Assembly (NCBI GenBank): GCA_010093995.1
Contig: ML992511.1
Span: 912,155 to 976,154, forward strand
DNA from: Elsinoe ampelina
Lineage: Eukaryota
Direction: 5' to 3'
Length of the DNA stretch: 64,000 nucleotides
This document shows, piece by piece, positions 47,786 through 60,670 of the stretch. A program made the position numbers and the translations under genes. The notes under the pieces were generated by a model, which saw only the letters and a program-made list of their open reading frames with translations, had not been told where the DNA came from and made no database searches. Positions within the stretch are counted from its first letter, which is position 1, and each line of letters starts with the position of its first letter.

Positions 47786-48783
47786 TCAAGGAACCTTTTC
47801 CGCCTCCTCCAACAACTGATCCACCGAAAACGTCTCATCCCCCTTCGTAAACTGGCCCAACAGATGCCTCCGCGGCGACTCCTCCCCCTGCCCATAAAAC
47901 TTCGTCAACATCATCACCAACAACTGCCCCTCTTCCACCGTCATCCCTCGATCGGGCAAAACATTCCCCTCAACCAACACCACCCCCTTCTCCCCCACCA
48001 AATCCAAATGATGCGTCACCGTCGTATGCGGCTGCGCAAACTCCCCTCTGAGCTTAAACTCTGCCAGATTCGTGAACAGCACCGTGGCAGTCGTGTCCGA
48101 GGGAAAGGTCCACTGTAGGAAATGCAGCTCCGCGCCTTGCCCTTCTCGCGGGATGGGCAGGATGAATTGCGGGTGCTTCTTCGCGGCCGTGGCGATTTGG
48201 CGGAAGACGTCGGCGCGGACGATGCCGCAGAGGGAACGCGGGTTGGTGGCGTGGCGGAGGCGCCAGAGGGTTTCGAGCTCTTTGTCCGGGAGGGAGCGGA
48301 ATTTGTCGACGTCGATGTAGGAGGAGAGGGTTTTGATGCCGGCTTTGGAGGTGGAGGTGTATTGCGCCGCGACGGAGGGGCTGGACTGCGGGGTTGGTGG
48401 TGGCGGTGGTTGGAAGGGGGTGTTGGGCGTTTTGGCGTCTGATGATGGGGAGGCTGAGGGGGCGTTGGCGCCGGGGACGGTGGCTTCTTTGCGCAGGGAG
48501 GTGATTTTGTCGGAATAGGCTTGTTTGAGAGAGTCGATGTCTTGGTGTCCTTCTCTGCCCGCTTTCAGCGACCAGATTTCAAACTTTGCTGGGTTCAAAC
48601 GTACTCCTTTGCTTTTTGCTTTAATTTCTCTGCATATTTTTCTAATACTTGCTTCTCTGGCGTTGCATGGCTTGCCAGGAAACGGATATCATGAACTTGA
48701 GCATGTCGCCTTTGCTGATAGCAAAACGAAGAAGTTCCAGATTTGAGCAGTCGACCTGCGACACCTATCGATGACTTTCGCAT
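47786..48783 (-). CDS. ATP11: Mitochondrial F1-ATPase assembly factor Atp11
   Basis: Exons 48783-48605 and 48554-47786; AQVHDIRFLA, HPQFILPIPR, AELHFLQW, LFTNLAEFKLRGEFAQPH. Confidence 0.95.
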
Positions 48784-49112
48784 ACTATTCGATGGCTTTT
48801 GACAATCTTTGATGTTAATTACCATCCTTCCCGGGGAGTGAGGTCGATTTTCTCGCCGCCGGAGATATCGGCGATAGGTCGACCTTACAAACCTTAATCT
48901 CACGACACGTCGCAAAAGATGCCTCGGCTCAAGAGAAACCCCAGATCCAACGTCACTCCGATCCGAGCAGGGGACGGATGAGATAGCCGCGGGGAAGCGG
49001 CACTGCTGTGGAGGTCAAGGTAAGTTGCGTGGACCAGGTTTGTTTCTGTTTGTTTCGTTTCTTCAACCATTCCTCTCCACTCGAGGTGTTCGTTGTACTA
49101 GCCGTCGCAATC

Positions 49113-51005
49113 ATGCCTGCAAAGTCACTGTACCCTCTGATTGACATTCCCAACGTGTCCCTGTGGGACTTCTTGTTCGAGAGGAAGGACCAGCCATTCC
49201 CAGACGACAAAGGTATGTGGAGCTTTTAGGGTAATTCTCTTTCATCAGACACTTATGAAGCCAGTCATTTTCAAGGATGCCTACACTCAGCGATCTTACA
49301 CGGCGGCACAAGTCAAGAGCACGGCGATCGACTTCGCGAAGGGATTGAAGGCCACATACGAATGGAGGAAGGGCGACGTGCTTGCGCTGTACACGCCAAA
49401 CTGCATCGATACTCCAGCTGTAATGTGGGGTACATTGTGGACAGGAGGCATCATCTCGCCCGCAAATCCTGGCTACTCGGCGGACGAGCTTGCGTTCCAG
49501 CTCAAGGACTCGGGCGCAAAGGCGTTGGTCACACAACTGCCCTTGTTAGACGTGGCAAAGCAGGCAGCGCAAAAAGTTGGCATACCTGAGGATCACATCA
49601 TCCTCATTGGAGACAAGAAGGATCCGAACAATCGCATCAAGCACTTCTCGTCCGTTAGGAACACTAGTGGAGCGACGAGATACAGGAAGGTGAAGATCAA
49701 TCCGTCGAAGGATTTGGCTTTCCTGGCATACTCGAGCGGCACGACGGGACTGCCGAAAGGTGTACGTGATAAGAACAAGCCTGGTAGTAATACTTTTCGA
49801 AATCTCAACTGACACGTCCGGCCAGGTCATGCTTTCACATACCAATATTGTGGCCAACACCCTGCAGATAGGAGCCGGGGAGGCAGGTAATCTCACTGAA
49901 AAGGACTCCATCATCGCCTTCCTGCCGTTCTTCCACATCTACGGCCTAACGGTCATCCTCCATCAATCAATGCACAAAGGATTTTTGGTCTCAGTCATGC
50001 CCAAGTTTGATATTGAAGACTTCTGCAAGTTCGTACAACGAGACAAGATCACCTTTGCATACGTCGCGCCACCTGTGGTGTTGCTGCTGGCGAAACACCC
50101 TGTCGTGGAAAAGTACGACTTGTCTTCACTCCGAATGATGAACTCGGGCGCCGCACCCCTGACCAAGGATCTCGTAGACGCAGTCTGGAACCGCAAGAAG
50201 CTCAAGGTCAAACAAGGCTACGGACTATCAGAGACCTCGCCGACTACTCACACCCAGCCCTGGTCGGAGTGGTATGATACCATCGGGTCGGTCGGCAAAC
50301 TTCTTCCGAACATGACAGCAAAGTACATGTCCCCTGAGGAGAAGGAGGTAGCAGTAGGCGAAGTAGGAGAGCTCTGGATGGCTGGACCGAACATCTTCCT
50401 CGGATATCTCAACAATGTTGAAGGAACCAAGAACGCCCTGACCGAGGATGGCTACTTCAAGACTGGCGACATCGGATATCAAGACAAGAACGGCAATTTC
50501 TACATTACTGACAGAGTCAAGGAGCTTATAAAGTACAAGGGATTCCAGGCGAGTGTTTCTGTCTCGTTGTCGTCGTTAATGGCTGCGTTATGTGAAGCTT
50601 GATCAAATTTCAGCCCATACAAGCCGAATCCATCTCAAGCCGCACACAAGTCACAGAATAAAGTTACTAACATAGTCACAGGTGCCCCCAGCAGAACTTG
50701 AAGGCTACCTCGCTGCTCACGAAAAAATCGACGACGTCGCCGTCATTGGTATCTACAGAGACGACCTCGCCACCGAAGTCCCACGGGCCTACGTCGTGCC
50801 CAAGAAAGGCATTGAAGCCGGACCCAAGCTCGAGGCAGAGATTGTAGACTGGATAGGCAAGAAGGTGGCGAATCACAAGAAGCTACGCGGCGGTGTACGG
50901 TTCATTGATGAGGTGCCGAAGAGTGTGAGTGGCAAAATTCTGCGGCGGGTACTCAAACAACGCGCGGAAGATGAAGAGAAGAAGGGCCCCAAAGCGAAGT
51001 TGTGA
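49113..51005 (+). CDS. Peroxisomal 4-coumarate/phenylacetyl-CoA ligase-like acyl-CoA synthetase
   Basis: YSSGTTGLPKG, QGYGLSET, TGD, DRVKELIKYKGFQ|VPPAELE, PKSVSGKILRR; C-terminal AKL (PTS1); introns 49213-49264, 49762-49825 and 50549-50681. Confidence 0.93.
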
Positions 51006-51080
51006 TTGCAATTGTGTATGTATACAGTAATCATCTATGCAATGTATCGACATGAATATTTATGTTATGTTTCGTGGGTA

Positions 51081-52148
51081 TCATAGCACTCTTGTGACGG
51101 ACAGCCCGGTCCCGCCAGCGGTGCCGGTGATGGCGACGTACTGGCCTGATTCTAGCCGTTTAGTCCATTTATTGGATTCGTACCGTGCGAGAAAGAGGGA
51201 CATTCGTATCGATGGAGCGTCTGATGAGGTTGTGTTGTCTTTCGTCCAGGTGTGTCTGCCGAACGACCAGTTGAGGATGTAGCGGCCGAAAGCACTACCA
51301 CTTGTGCTATCATCTTTGTATCCTATCGGAGGCTTCCTTAATTGTACGATAGCCTTTATCCGGAACACCTCGTCCTTTGGTGCCCTCTTCAACAGCTCAT
51401 CCAGTTTCTGCACATCGATATCTCCCTCTCCATTGCCGGTCAAAGTCACACTCAAGCACTCCATCTCCTCTTTATGATCATGCTTTCCATCTTCGTGGCC
51501 GTGACCTACATCCTTCACGAGCCCTTTCACCATCTTCCCGTCCAGACCGAACAGTAATTCCACATTCACCCACCCCTTGTCGCTCTTCACGTTTGGCGTC
51601 TCCACGTCCAGGTCCCCTAAGCGATCCAGTACTCTGTCCAGCTTGTCTTCTCCCGCTTCCTCCCACTTGTTCAAGACAATCAAATCCGTCTGCTTCGCCT
51701 GCAGCTTGGCCGTATAGCTCGTACTGCTGTATCCCTCCCAATTCTGCACATCAATAACGCTGATCACACCATCTAATGTATAGCGTCCTGTCTCGGTGGC
51801 CAATCGATTGATCTCGACCACCAGCTTGATTGGCTCCGCAGAGCCACTCGTCTCGATCACGATCCGGTCTGGGTTGTCCTGAAGCAGCTCCTCGAGAGCA
51901 GATCCTAATTGCCCTACATTTGTGCAGCAAATACACGACCCAAGCAGTTCGCGACTTGAAGAAAGCTCCGCGAAGCTGGCGAGGGCAGAATCCACAGCGA
52001 GATCTCCAATCTCATTCTTGATCATGGACAGCCGGTACGAGGGATCCAGTCTCCGGAGCTGAGGGAGGAGATTGAGCAGCAGCGTCGTCTTGCCCGTACC
52101 GACAAAGCCCGTGAGAATCGTGATAGGGATTGCCGGGCTCGAAGCCAT
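51081..52148 (-). CDS. CobW/COG0523 family G3E GTPase (metallochaperone)
   Basis: PITILTGFVGTGKTT, NEIG, GSCICC (CxCC), IETSG, NKWE. Confidence 0.92.
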   Translation of the reverse strand: MASSPAIPITILTGFVGTGKTTLLLNLLPQLRRLDPSYRLSMIKNEIGDLAVDSALASFAELSSSRELLGSCICCTNVGQLGSALEELLQDNPDRIVIETSGSAEPIKLVVEINRLATETGRYTLDGVISVIDVQNWEGYSSTSYTAKLQAKQTDLIVLNKWEEAGEDKLDRVLDRLGDLDVETPNVKSDKGWVNVELLFGLDGKMVKGLVKDVGHGHEDGKHDHKEEMECLSVTLTGNGEGDIDVQKLDELLKRAPKDEVFRIKAIVQLRKPPIGYKDDSTSGSAFGRYILNWSFGRHTWTKDNTTSSDAPSIRMSLFLARYESNKWTKRLESGQYVAITGTAGGTGLSVTRVL

Positions 52149-52660
52149 GTCGGTATCTGTGCTGTTGCCTATCGTGTCCAGCGATGCATGTCCCTCCACG
52201 TGCAAGTCGTGATCGAAAAGTCAATTCCTCGCTGCCCCTCCGATTGGTGGCTGTGATCTGTGGCGCTGCATGATGTGGCGGTGCAGTGCCCCTCTCTGCA
52301 CATCGACGTCAGGGCCCCTTGGGCGCTCTGGCTCTCGATCGTCACGGCCAGCTCAAGGGATCCACTTGCCCGCCAACAGTGACAGCTCCCGTTCCCACAA
52401 CTCGCGTGCCTCGTGCCTGGTTTTTGGAGCTGCATTATCCCGTTTTGGGGAGAGCCAAGTGCTGTGCGACCGAAGTGATAAGTAGCTGGAGTCTCCCTTT
52501 TCTCTTTCCTACCAAACCACTTTCAATTGTACTTGAGAAATATACAGAGTAGGAGATTCTTCATCGATGCACTGAGTGCTGTCACTTACCAGACCGCAGA
52601 TCCCTCCCGACCACTTCATCACCAACTTTCACATCAACTTCACCAACACCAACCACCAAC

Positions 52661-53162
52661 ATGGACTTCGTCAAGAACCTCGCCGGTGGCAGCAACAACC
52701 AGGAAGGTCAGCAGCAGCAAAGCACTGGCTCCACTGAGCAGAAGCAGGAGGGTGGTGGCTTCCTCGGTGGAATCGGGGACAAACTCAACTCCGCTGCTGG
52801 AGGTGGCCGTGAGTCCGAGAAGAACGAGGACTACCTCGACAAGGTCCGCAACCCTTCCCAGAGCAGGTAGAATACACACTGATCGTTTCCCAGGGTGTCG
52901 ACTTCGTCCAGGAGAAGTTTCTCGGCGGTGGCCCCCAGGATAATGAGTACTCCATTTCCCAGCCCCCGAAAACCTCACATACTAATCCAGGCGACAGGAG
53001 CGCTGCGGAACAGGCCAAAGATGAGCAAATCTCAGACTTCATTCGTGGGCGTGAGTATTGGTACTGTCGTCGATGAATTGTGGCTGACATACATGTACAG
53101 AGTACAAGAGCAAGACCGGCAGCGACATCCCCATCAAAGACAAAGAGACCCGCCTCGGTTAA
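52661..53162 (+). CDS. Small hydrophilic stress-type protein (often annotated DDR48-like in filamentous fungi)
   Basis: Exons 52661-52843, 52894-52946, 52998-53050 and 53101-53162: KLNSAAGGGRESEKNEDYLDKGVDFVQEKFLGGGPQDNESAAEQAKDEQISDFIRGQYK. Confidence 0.8.
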
Positions 53163-53475
53163 GCCAGCAACGAACAACAAAGCCCACAGTTATCATGGAC
53201 AATTGAGAACGTCAAGTCGAAAGACAAAAGACAGTAGTTGCTATGATTCATGAATGAAGTTCTATCAACTGAGGCAAAACGTCACAAGCGGCTTGCCACC
53301 ATACATATCCTACCAGACCATGTTTCCCCCCATACCAGCACTCAGTCCGCTTGCCGTATCGATGAACAGCCCTCCACATCCTCCGCAATACTGTTCGATC
53401 CCACTTCCACCGTCGTACCCTTCCCTACCAGCCCTCATCCCACCTGCCCTCTACACCATCAGCACTTCCACCATC

Positions 53476-54244
53476 CTACCCAATCTTCACACCCGCAACC
53501 CCCTCCCTAAACACCGGCAACTCATACCCGTAAAACACCAATTTCTCAATCGCAATCCTGATCTCCGCTTTGCCAGTCAACGCATACCCTGCCTCCCACT
53601 CACTAACCCCCTCCAGCATCAAAGCCTGCCTCCTCGCCACCTCATTCAGCTTCCGCTCCGTTTTGATTATGACCTTGCGTTGCGCATTCGCTCGGTCTTT
53701 CCAGTACTGTACCCTGCTCGTCATAGTCTCCCGAGTGGTCCGGGGGGCGGGGGCAAACATGGCTTCGATCTGGAGGTTTGTTAGTTGGTGCTTCGAAGGT
53801 GCTACCACCACGCCGACTTACCTGCTTGACCACTGCCTGAGCATCTTGAATCGTGTTCTTCATCCCCAACTGAACCTGGCCCAGCATAGCCGCGAGTTTC
53901 TTGGCATTGGCTTGCACCACACCGTTGCACTCTTCCTCGGTCTGCGTCAAGGTTTCGGTAGACGAGACATCGAGTTGCTGGAGGAGTGTTTGCTAGATCG
54001 TCTCGACGTCGACGCAGCCGTTGGCTTTGGGAGGGAGGGCGCAGCTGAAGCGCTCCCAGTCCATGGGGGACCACGGTTCGTCGACGACGGTGGGGACGTC
54101 GTTGATGTATCGGACGACAGTGTGGGTGCCGTCGAGGTGGGAGATGGTGAGTTTGCCGGTGGAGTCGCCGGAGACCAGTTTGACACTTTTGAGGTAGAGG
54201 CCGTCTTTCATGGGGGTGCTTTTGGTGGAGGGGAGGGGCGCCAT
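53476..54244 (-). pseudogene. Hypothetical gene with in-frame TAG at 53993-53995
   Basis: ORFs 53993-54244 and 53642-53950 are in the same frame; a GTAAGT..CTAAC..CAG intron then joins to the 53476-53770 exon. Confidence 0.5.
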
Positions 54245-54577
54245 GCCTGGTAGTTGATGGTAGTGGAAGTAGAGAGAATCGGGTCGCCGGACTGCATCTC
54301 TGGAGCATGTGGTCGATTTTTATGTTGTTTGGCTTTCGTCCGGTCTGCAGTGTTGCAAATAGCTTGCGAGTGATGTCGCTGGCGGTGCTTGCGGCAAAGC
54401 TTTAGAAGTGTTTGTTACACAAGCAATCATTGGTCGGGCTCCAGTGCAGCATGTCTCAGCAAGCGCATTCGTAGTAACGAATGAGCACAGCGCCTTGACT
54501 GTTTCGGAGCGCGAGTGAAAAACCACCGGCCATCTCCCAGAGGAGTACCTTGCTCTGCAACGCATAGCTGTCACAAT

Positions 54578-55235
54578 TCAACCATCTTCATCGGTCTCCC
54601 GTGATCCGAACCCCTTTCCCTTCCCCTTCGGCCCCGTCGCTGCCTTTCTGATCACACTTCTCCTCCAGGTCCGCCCATCCCAGAAGCCCTTCCCCTTCAG
54701 CCCATTCACGTCCCCTTCCCCTTCCACAAATGCCAAATCACCCGTCGCTTCGATTCGGTCCTTCATAGTCTCCTCCAGCAGGATTCCCATGGCCAGCAGG
54801 GCAGTCTCGTCCATGCTTCGCCAGTCCCACTTACCCTTCAATGGCCCAGTAGCGTAGTACCCTGAAGCGTATGCATGTATAGCCTTGAGTAGATCAGAAG
54901 CGGGCAGTACTTGTGTGGTAGGATCGAGCCGAGATGATGCAAAATATGTGTCCGTCTCCTCGTAGCGGAGCGGGGCGCCTTTGCGGCGGAAGAGGACCTC
55001 CTCGGGTGGCACAGGCTGATTTGAGGTATTCGGGTTCTTGTCCACAGCGCTGGCAGGCAAAAATGCTTCATAGCCTACGCGACCTGGAAGTTGTCAGATG
55101 TTGCTTTCATGGTAAATGTCAGCGTGGAAGTAAGATACCTGCAACGGCATCGTAGACGGTGGCAACACGCCGCGGTGATCTCTGCCGCCGAGGTGTCGGA
55201 GGTTGTGATTCGTCCCGCGACCGCTTCCGTGACAT
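54578..55235 (-). CDS. RRN10: Rrn10-like RNA polymerase I upstream activation factor subunit
   Basis: Exons 55235-55139 and 55083-54578; TVYDAVAG|RV, PEEVLF, LPASDLLKAIHAYAS, SMDETALLAMGILLEE. Confidence 0.7.
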
Positions 55236-55474
55236 GTTGAGAGAAGAAGCCCGGCTTGCTCGATGGATAGTGCCGCATTTTGTTCAGACATCGAGTGCAA
55301 AGATGAGCAGACGAAGTTGTAGACCCGAAATGCCAAGGCTTTGCGCTGACAGCACCTCGCCGACGACCATAGCTTTCAATTTCTTTTGAAATCACCACAA
55401 TTTCGTTGCACAGTCTCACATAGACGTTAAGGCCATAGTGATGAGTGAAGGATTGCTGGCCTGCGTACGAATGA

Positions 55475-56969
55475 ATGAACAACTTCCTGTTCAGTCGGGC
55501 CTTGGGCTCGATCAGCCATCAGGCTCTGGCGAGAGCGCAGACTGACAGACTGGTCCACTCGCTACACGGCGTTGACCATGTGAAGTTCACGTATAAGACT
55601 CATGATGACACTCCAGCTCGACAGAATGGACCGGGCGATGATGACGACGACCTGAAACGCAAAGAGGTTGCACACCCAGCCGGAGTGAACAGCATTGTCA
55701 TTGACAAATTCGAGGGCAGATAGTACGGCTATGACTTTATGTATGAGAGATTCAGCTGACTGATTTACAGCCTACTGTCTGGTGGAGCCGACTCGTCAAT
55801 AGCGATATGGGATCTAGAATCCGCAGAGCATGGAGCAGGCCAGGTCTATCGACCACTTGGTTATGTGGAGAAGTACGACAGGCACGCATTGTTCAGCTCC
55901 AGTCACTAATCCATCGTGAAGAGAGATCAAATCTCATAGCTATGGTATCACGCATCTGTCCTACTACCCATTCGACTCCCTGGCATTCCTGTCCAGCAGC
56001 TACGATCATTCTCTGAGACTATACTCCTCGGAAACATTAGCATGCTCCGCGTCATTCGACCTGGCGTCAGTGGTGTACTACCATGCTCTGTCTCCGGTAG
56101 CTTCGCATCTTCTGGTCGCCTGTGCGACTCAGCATCCTGCAGTCAGGTTGGTCGATCTTAAATCTGGGGCAAGCACTCACTCCTTGGCCGGGCATGGAGG
56201 TGCTGTCATGAGCGTGGCCTGGCACCCAAAATCTGAACATCTCCTGGTCAGTGGGGGTAGTGATGGAGCTGTCAGGATCTGGGACATACGTCGTAGCGCA
56301 AGTAGCCTCGGTGTCTTGAACATGGATGACAGCATTGGCATCGTTGGCATGAGCAACATGGGAGTAGACTATCGGAAGCGAGAGCGTGGCAAGGCACACA
56401 GCGCTCTGATCAATGGAGTCCTCTGGGACGAGGCTGGCGACCACATTGTTTCGAATGGCCACGATGACACTGTTCGGGTGTGGGATGCGTCAACAGGAGC
56501 CAACACGCTGGTCAATTTCGGTCCTTCTCTGAAAAATGCGCATAGCTCGGCACTACTACCTCTTCTCACGCCGAGCCACCTGACTGGTAAAGGGCGAGAG
56601 CTCCTTGTATATCCAAATCCGAGGGAGCTTTTGACCTTCGAGCTGTACACGGGGAAGCTGCTGTCCCGGCTCAGAACGCCCTCATACACCGCATCACACA
56701 CGACAGTCAATGCCGGCTCTGGCTCTCGAAATGTCCAAAATCGAACAACTAGCCTTGCTTGGAGAGCACATGACGTCGAATTGTTCTCGTCTCACTCCGA
56801 CGGGACGATTCGTTGCTGGCAGCCGAAGACTCAGGAGGATGAGCTGGCCGATGACGAGGCAGATGGGGGTCACGAGGATGATCATGCGATCATGGAGAGG
56901 AAACGAAAGCGGGATGAGTTGGATGATCTGGTAGCTGGCTTGACGAAGAAGAAGGTGACTTGGACTTGA
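55475..56969 (+). CDS. ERCC8: WD40 DNA excision repair protein CSA/ERCC8 (Rad28/Ckn1)
   Basis: GVNSIVIDKFEGRY|LLSGGADSSIAIWD, YYPFDSLAFLSSSYD, VRLVDLKSGASTHSLAGH, DGAVRIWDIRRS; two introns. Confidence 0.88.
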
Positions 56970-57176
56970 TGAAGAGATACATAGGAGAGCATATATATTG
57001 AGGCAAGATCAGGCGAATCTGCTCGCCTAAACTTTCTGTGCCTGATCTCCAGCTTCAACCTCGTCCACTGCACCTTGATATGTGCTGTTCTCTTCTTGAC
57101 CTGCTCTTGCAATGGAATACTTCACAATGATGGCCATGCACAAGTTTGGTGTCCGTTCGTTATATCAAACTCGGTG

Positions 57177-58226
57177 ATGGGGCCCGTCGCGCAAGTAGAC
57201 CTATCTGCTCTGCAGCGGCGCATTTGGGATGGATCGCTGCCACTCGAAATCCGACTGGCCGCTGCGGACTGCACTTCATACGATCAGAGCCAACCATATC
57301 TGGTACAAAGTCTCGCCTTGGATGCTAGGTCAGGTCGCTAAACCTCGCAGATCCAGCAACCTCGTCTGGCATACCTTCCACCACTGCTCTCGCGACTACA
57401 CGCCTTCTTCCGCCCATTCCTCATTAATCCCGAAGTCGCACCTCACGACGCATGGCTGTCGTTCGAAGGTCTCCCTTTGAAGTGGCATTACCCTCTCGGC
57501 CTCCTATATGACTTGTTCTCAGGCGCTTCACCAGCCGGCCTTGAGCCGCAAAGTACTTCTACCAGCACACTCACCGCTACCACACCGGTTGCCTTGCCTC
57601 TCCCGTGGCGGTTGACTCTTCACTACACCTCACACCCCACCGAGCTCCTCTTCCCTCTTGACCCCGACTTCCGAGTGTTGCAAGATGCCTTCATCAATGC
57701 TGTGAAGGAGTCCGACTTCATCCGCAACGGCAGCGCCAAAGCCGTCATGTCCCTCTCAAAGCAGGACTCCTCCTCCCTCTGGAAAGCGGTAGATATGCAC
57801 GATCTTGCTCTCTACAATATAGTCTACACCAAGCTCCTCAATCCACCGGGCCAAAGTCTGCGCAATGTCCCGATCAAGATCTATCTTCCCACCTCTGCAG
57901 CACACCCAGATGCGCCTGCCACCATCCCTGAAGAGCAAGAGCCGAAAGGAGGAAAGGAGGACGAGGACACACATCAGGTACAGGCGGGGAGTGTGAGGGT
58001 GGTCCAAGGACTCGTAGCTCCTATGATGGCGAAGCAGACCACGACATTGGGCATGGCGCTGAATGAGCTGCTGCCGACTGTCTTTCCCAGCAGGCGAAAT
58101 CCGGTGCTGGCAGTCCCGGTATTGCATGGCGCCATGGTCCCGATGGCCGCTGGATTAGAAGATTTAGGAAGGGCCGCTGCATACGCGGATGGTTTTGTTC
58201 ATATCGTAGTGGTTTTGCTGTCATGA
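57177..58226 (+). CDS. ATG5: Autophagy protein Atg5
   Basis: IWDGSLPLEI, PRLAYLP, PLKWHYPLGLLYDL, FINAVKESDFIRNGSAKAVMSLSK, YADGFVHIVV; intron 57303-57350. Confidence 0.96.
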
Positions 58227-58622
58227 ACGGGTTTACGCATGAACAAGCACATGTCGGTAGCCTGTCCTTGCCACGTCGAAGCACCCTGCTATGACGAACT
58301 TGAAATTACAACACTGCTGTGTAGCTGGGGCACGTGCCGCTGATCTCGATTCGCCACGTCAACATGGCATCTAGAGGTGGTACAAGCGGCACATTAACGC
58401 TATAATTCTAGGCTCACATGCCCAGAGTTCGAGATTGCCACGTCAGCACGGCATGTTGAGTATCGCATTGATCTCCTTATATTCTGTCATACTTCAGCTT
58501 CTCCTCACCTTCAGATCGTTCCACTTTCATCACCGACTTGTCCGCCTCCTATATCATATCGGATATAGACCAGTCTGCTCGCCACCCAGTTAGCTTGCCA
58601 CAAGCAAAGCTCAGGAAGCATC

Positions 58623-59205
58623 ATGAAGCGGCCAGGAAATCAGTCCAAGCGCAAATTTGACGAGGCTGAATCGACTGACGATGACGAAAACGGATCAGCA
58701 GCACCTGCCAAGAAGCCAAAGAAGTCTGCTCAGGACGTCGATAACGACTCGGAGGTGATGAAGGTTTTAGACTTGATCGAGAGGCACAATCAACGAGCTG
58801 CGAGTAAGATAGCGGCTGCAAAGAAGGTCCTGCTCAAGAACGAGCGCCGTGCCAAACCCGGCGGAGACGACAAGCTCAAGGAAGAGAACCAACAGCTTAA
58901 GCGCGACCTCGCTGCCTCGGAGAAGCGCAACAAAGCATTAGAGGGTGGAATCCAGGTGCTGGGCTGCGGCAAGGATGATAAGCTGGAGGCCTGGCGAGGA
59001 GGAGGTGAAGCGACTGACGAAGAGCAATCTGGAACAGTCGGAGCTGCTCCGCCAGAAGGAGGAAGAGTTCAGGAAGCTAGGGGAGAGATTTGTCAAGGTG
59101 GAGCAGGAATTGGAGGAGGCGAAGCGCGGCCGAGATGGTTACAAGGAGCGGCTCGATCGCCTTCTCGGAGCCATGCAATCGGTCAAACAGGAGCAGAGCT
59201 CATGA
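58623..59205 (+). pseudogene. Hypothetical coiled-coil gene with apparent frameshift near 58990
   Basis: The coiled-coil frame (..KDDKLEA) switches to another frame (GEEEVKRLTK..EQSS*) with no intron signals. Confidence 0.45.
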
Positions 59206-59832
59206 TCGCCTCGCGATTGGGTTGGAGACCTAGGTGATGCAGAAGTGAGATGATGTCTATGGATTAGCATATGGAGCGATGGTACTTGCAGCGGTGTAGA
59301 CAGCATAGAGGTGTCTTCTGGGGTGGGAGAAGGACAGGGGCAACAGTGGCTGTATCCAGCGCGACAGCGGCCACAGCCGAGCGATGCCTCAGCCCGGTTG
59401 TACGGACGATCTTCCTGCCCTGTAGGCACATGGGGGATGGGTCCACACTGGTCTGAGGTTCAGTAGCGTCCTTTGATGTCGAATTCTGATTGCGATTTGC
59501 ATACCGCATGCCGTAGGCCTCTGGTGAGTTTCTTTTCATCTTCACATTGTCATATACTCTGGAACTCTCCTCAATGATCTCGTATGATACCCATTGCGAA
59601 TAGTGGGGCGTTTCACATGTGACACCCTACACATCAGTCGAGCATGTGCAGGGTCATGTGTGGTACCAATAATTTCTTCACAATTCACATGTGAGAGATT
59701 TTAGGCATCCATCGCTGCACAACAAGGTCTAAAAGAACATGCTCGCCGCTCACCAAGATCTGATTCCTTTCCTTCCACAAACCAGAGATCCATCCATCAC
59801 ATCTTCATACATTATCACTTTCAACACCCACC

Positions 59833-60670
59833 ATGGAGGGACCCTCCCACCACAGCAAACAACACTCCTCTATCAGCCAACATTCCGACGATAAGAACAG
59901 CATGGCCGGAGCCGAAATGCATGGTCCATCCCCACCAACCGTCGCTGCTGCTAATGACCACGCCGGGCCAGCCGTCCACGAGACCATTTCTCACAAGGAT
60001 GTATCCGGAGATTCCAATCACAAAGACGGCAACAGCAAGAACGACAATCACGCCCGCAACAAGTCCAACGTCTCCGTCGACGACCAGAAGCCGATACTGT
60101 CAACCGCATTCGCGCGCATCTTGATGCAGGGGGGCTATTCTGACATGGTACAGCGAGCGCCCGGACGTGGTTATGAAGCGCAGTAAGGGATGCAGAATCA
60201 ACTTTCTGGGCTTCGAAGCAAATAACAAGAGCCAACAACTCGATATCATGAGCTCCGTTGATTTCCTTGACATTGTGGCTGACGACCTGAGCGACCCTGA
60301 CTTCGAAGCGGACGTCAAACGTGGAGCCGAGCAGCTTCAGGAGCGGGTCCAGCTTCTGACAGCACATCTGAATGAGATGGGTAGAATCATGGAGGATGCA
60401 ATCAACAAGAGCATCGCTGAACAGCAAAATTTCAAGACGGCGGAATCAGCAATGCTGGAGGAGCATGATCGCCAAAACAAGTTGGCAATGGAGGAGGCAG
60501 AAAGGAATGGCAACATAGACTACCAGCAGCTCAGGCGCGACGAGCTCGAAGACGAAAAGCACAAGCTGCTGGCAGAGAAGCATATGCTGGAGCACGAGCT
60601 CAAGGTCATGGGGAAGCGCGAGGCCAGGGAGAAGTGCACGGTCACGAAGAAGCGCAAGATCATGGGGTAG
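59833..60670 (+). pseudogene. Hypothetical coiled-coil gene split over two overlapping frames (or a gene starting at 60248)
   Basis: ORF 59833-60186 overlaps the coiled-coil ORF 60167-60670; no convincing intron between them. Confidence 0.4.

Noticed and set aside
17952..54244. Stop-codon reassignment as an explanation for the in-frame TAG/TGA codons
   Set aside because: Other genes here terminate normally at TAG (e.g. 29446) and TGA (ATG5, ATP11)
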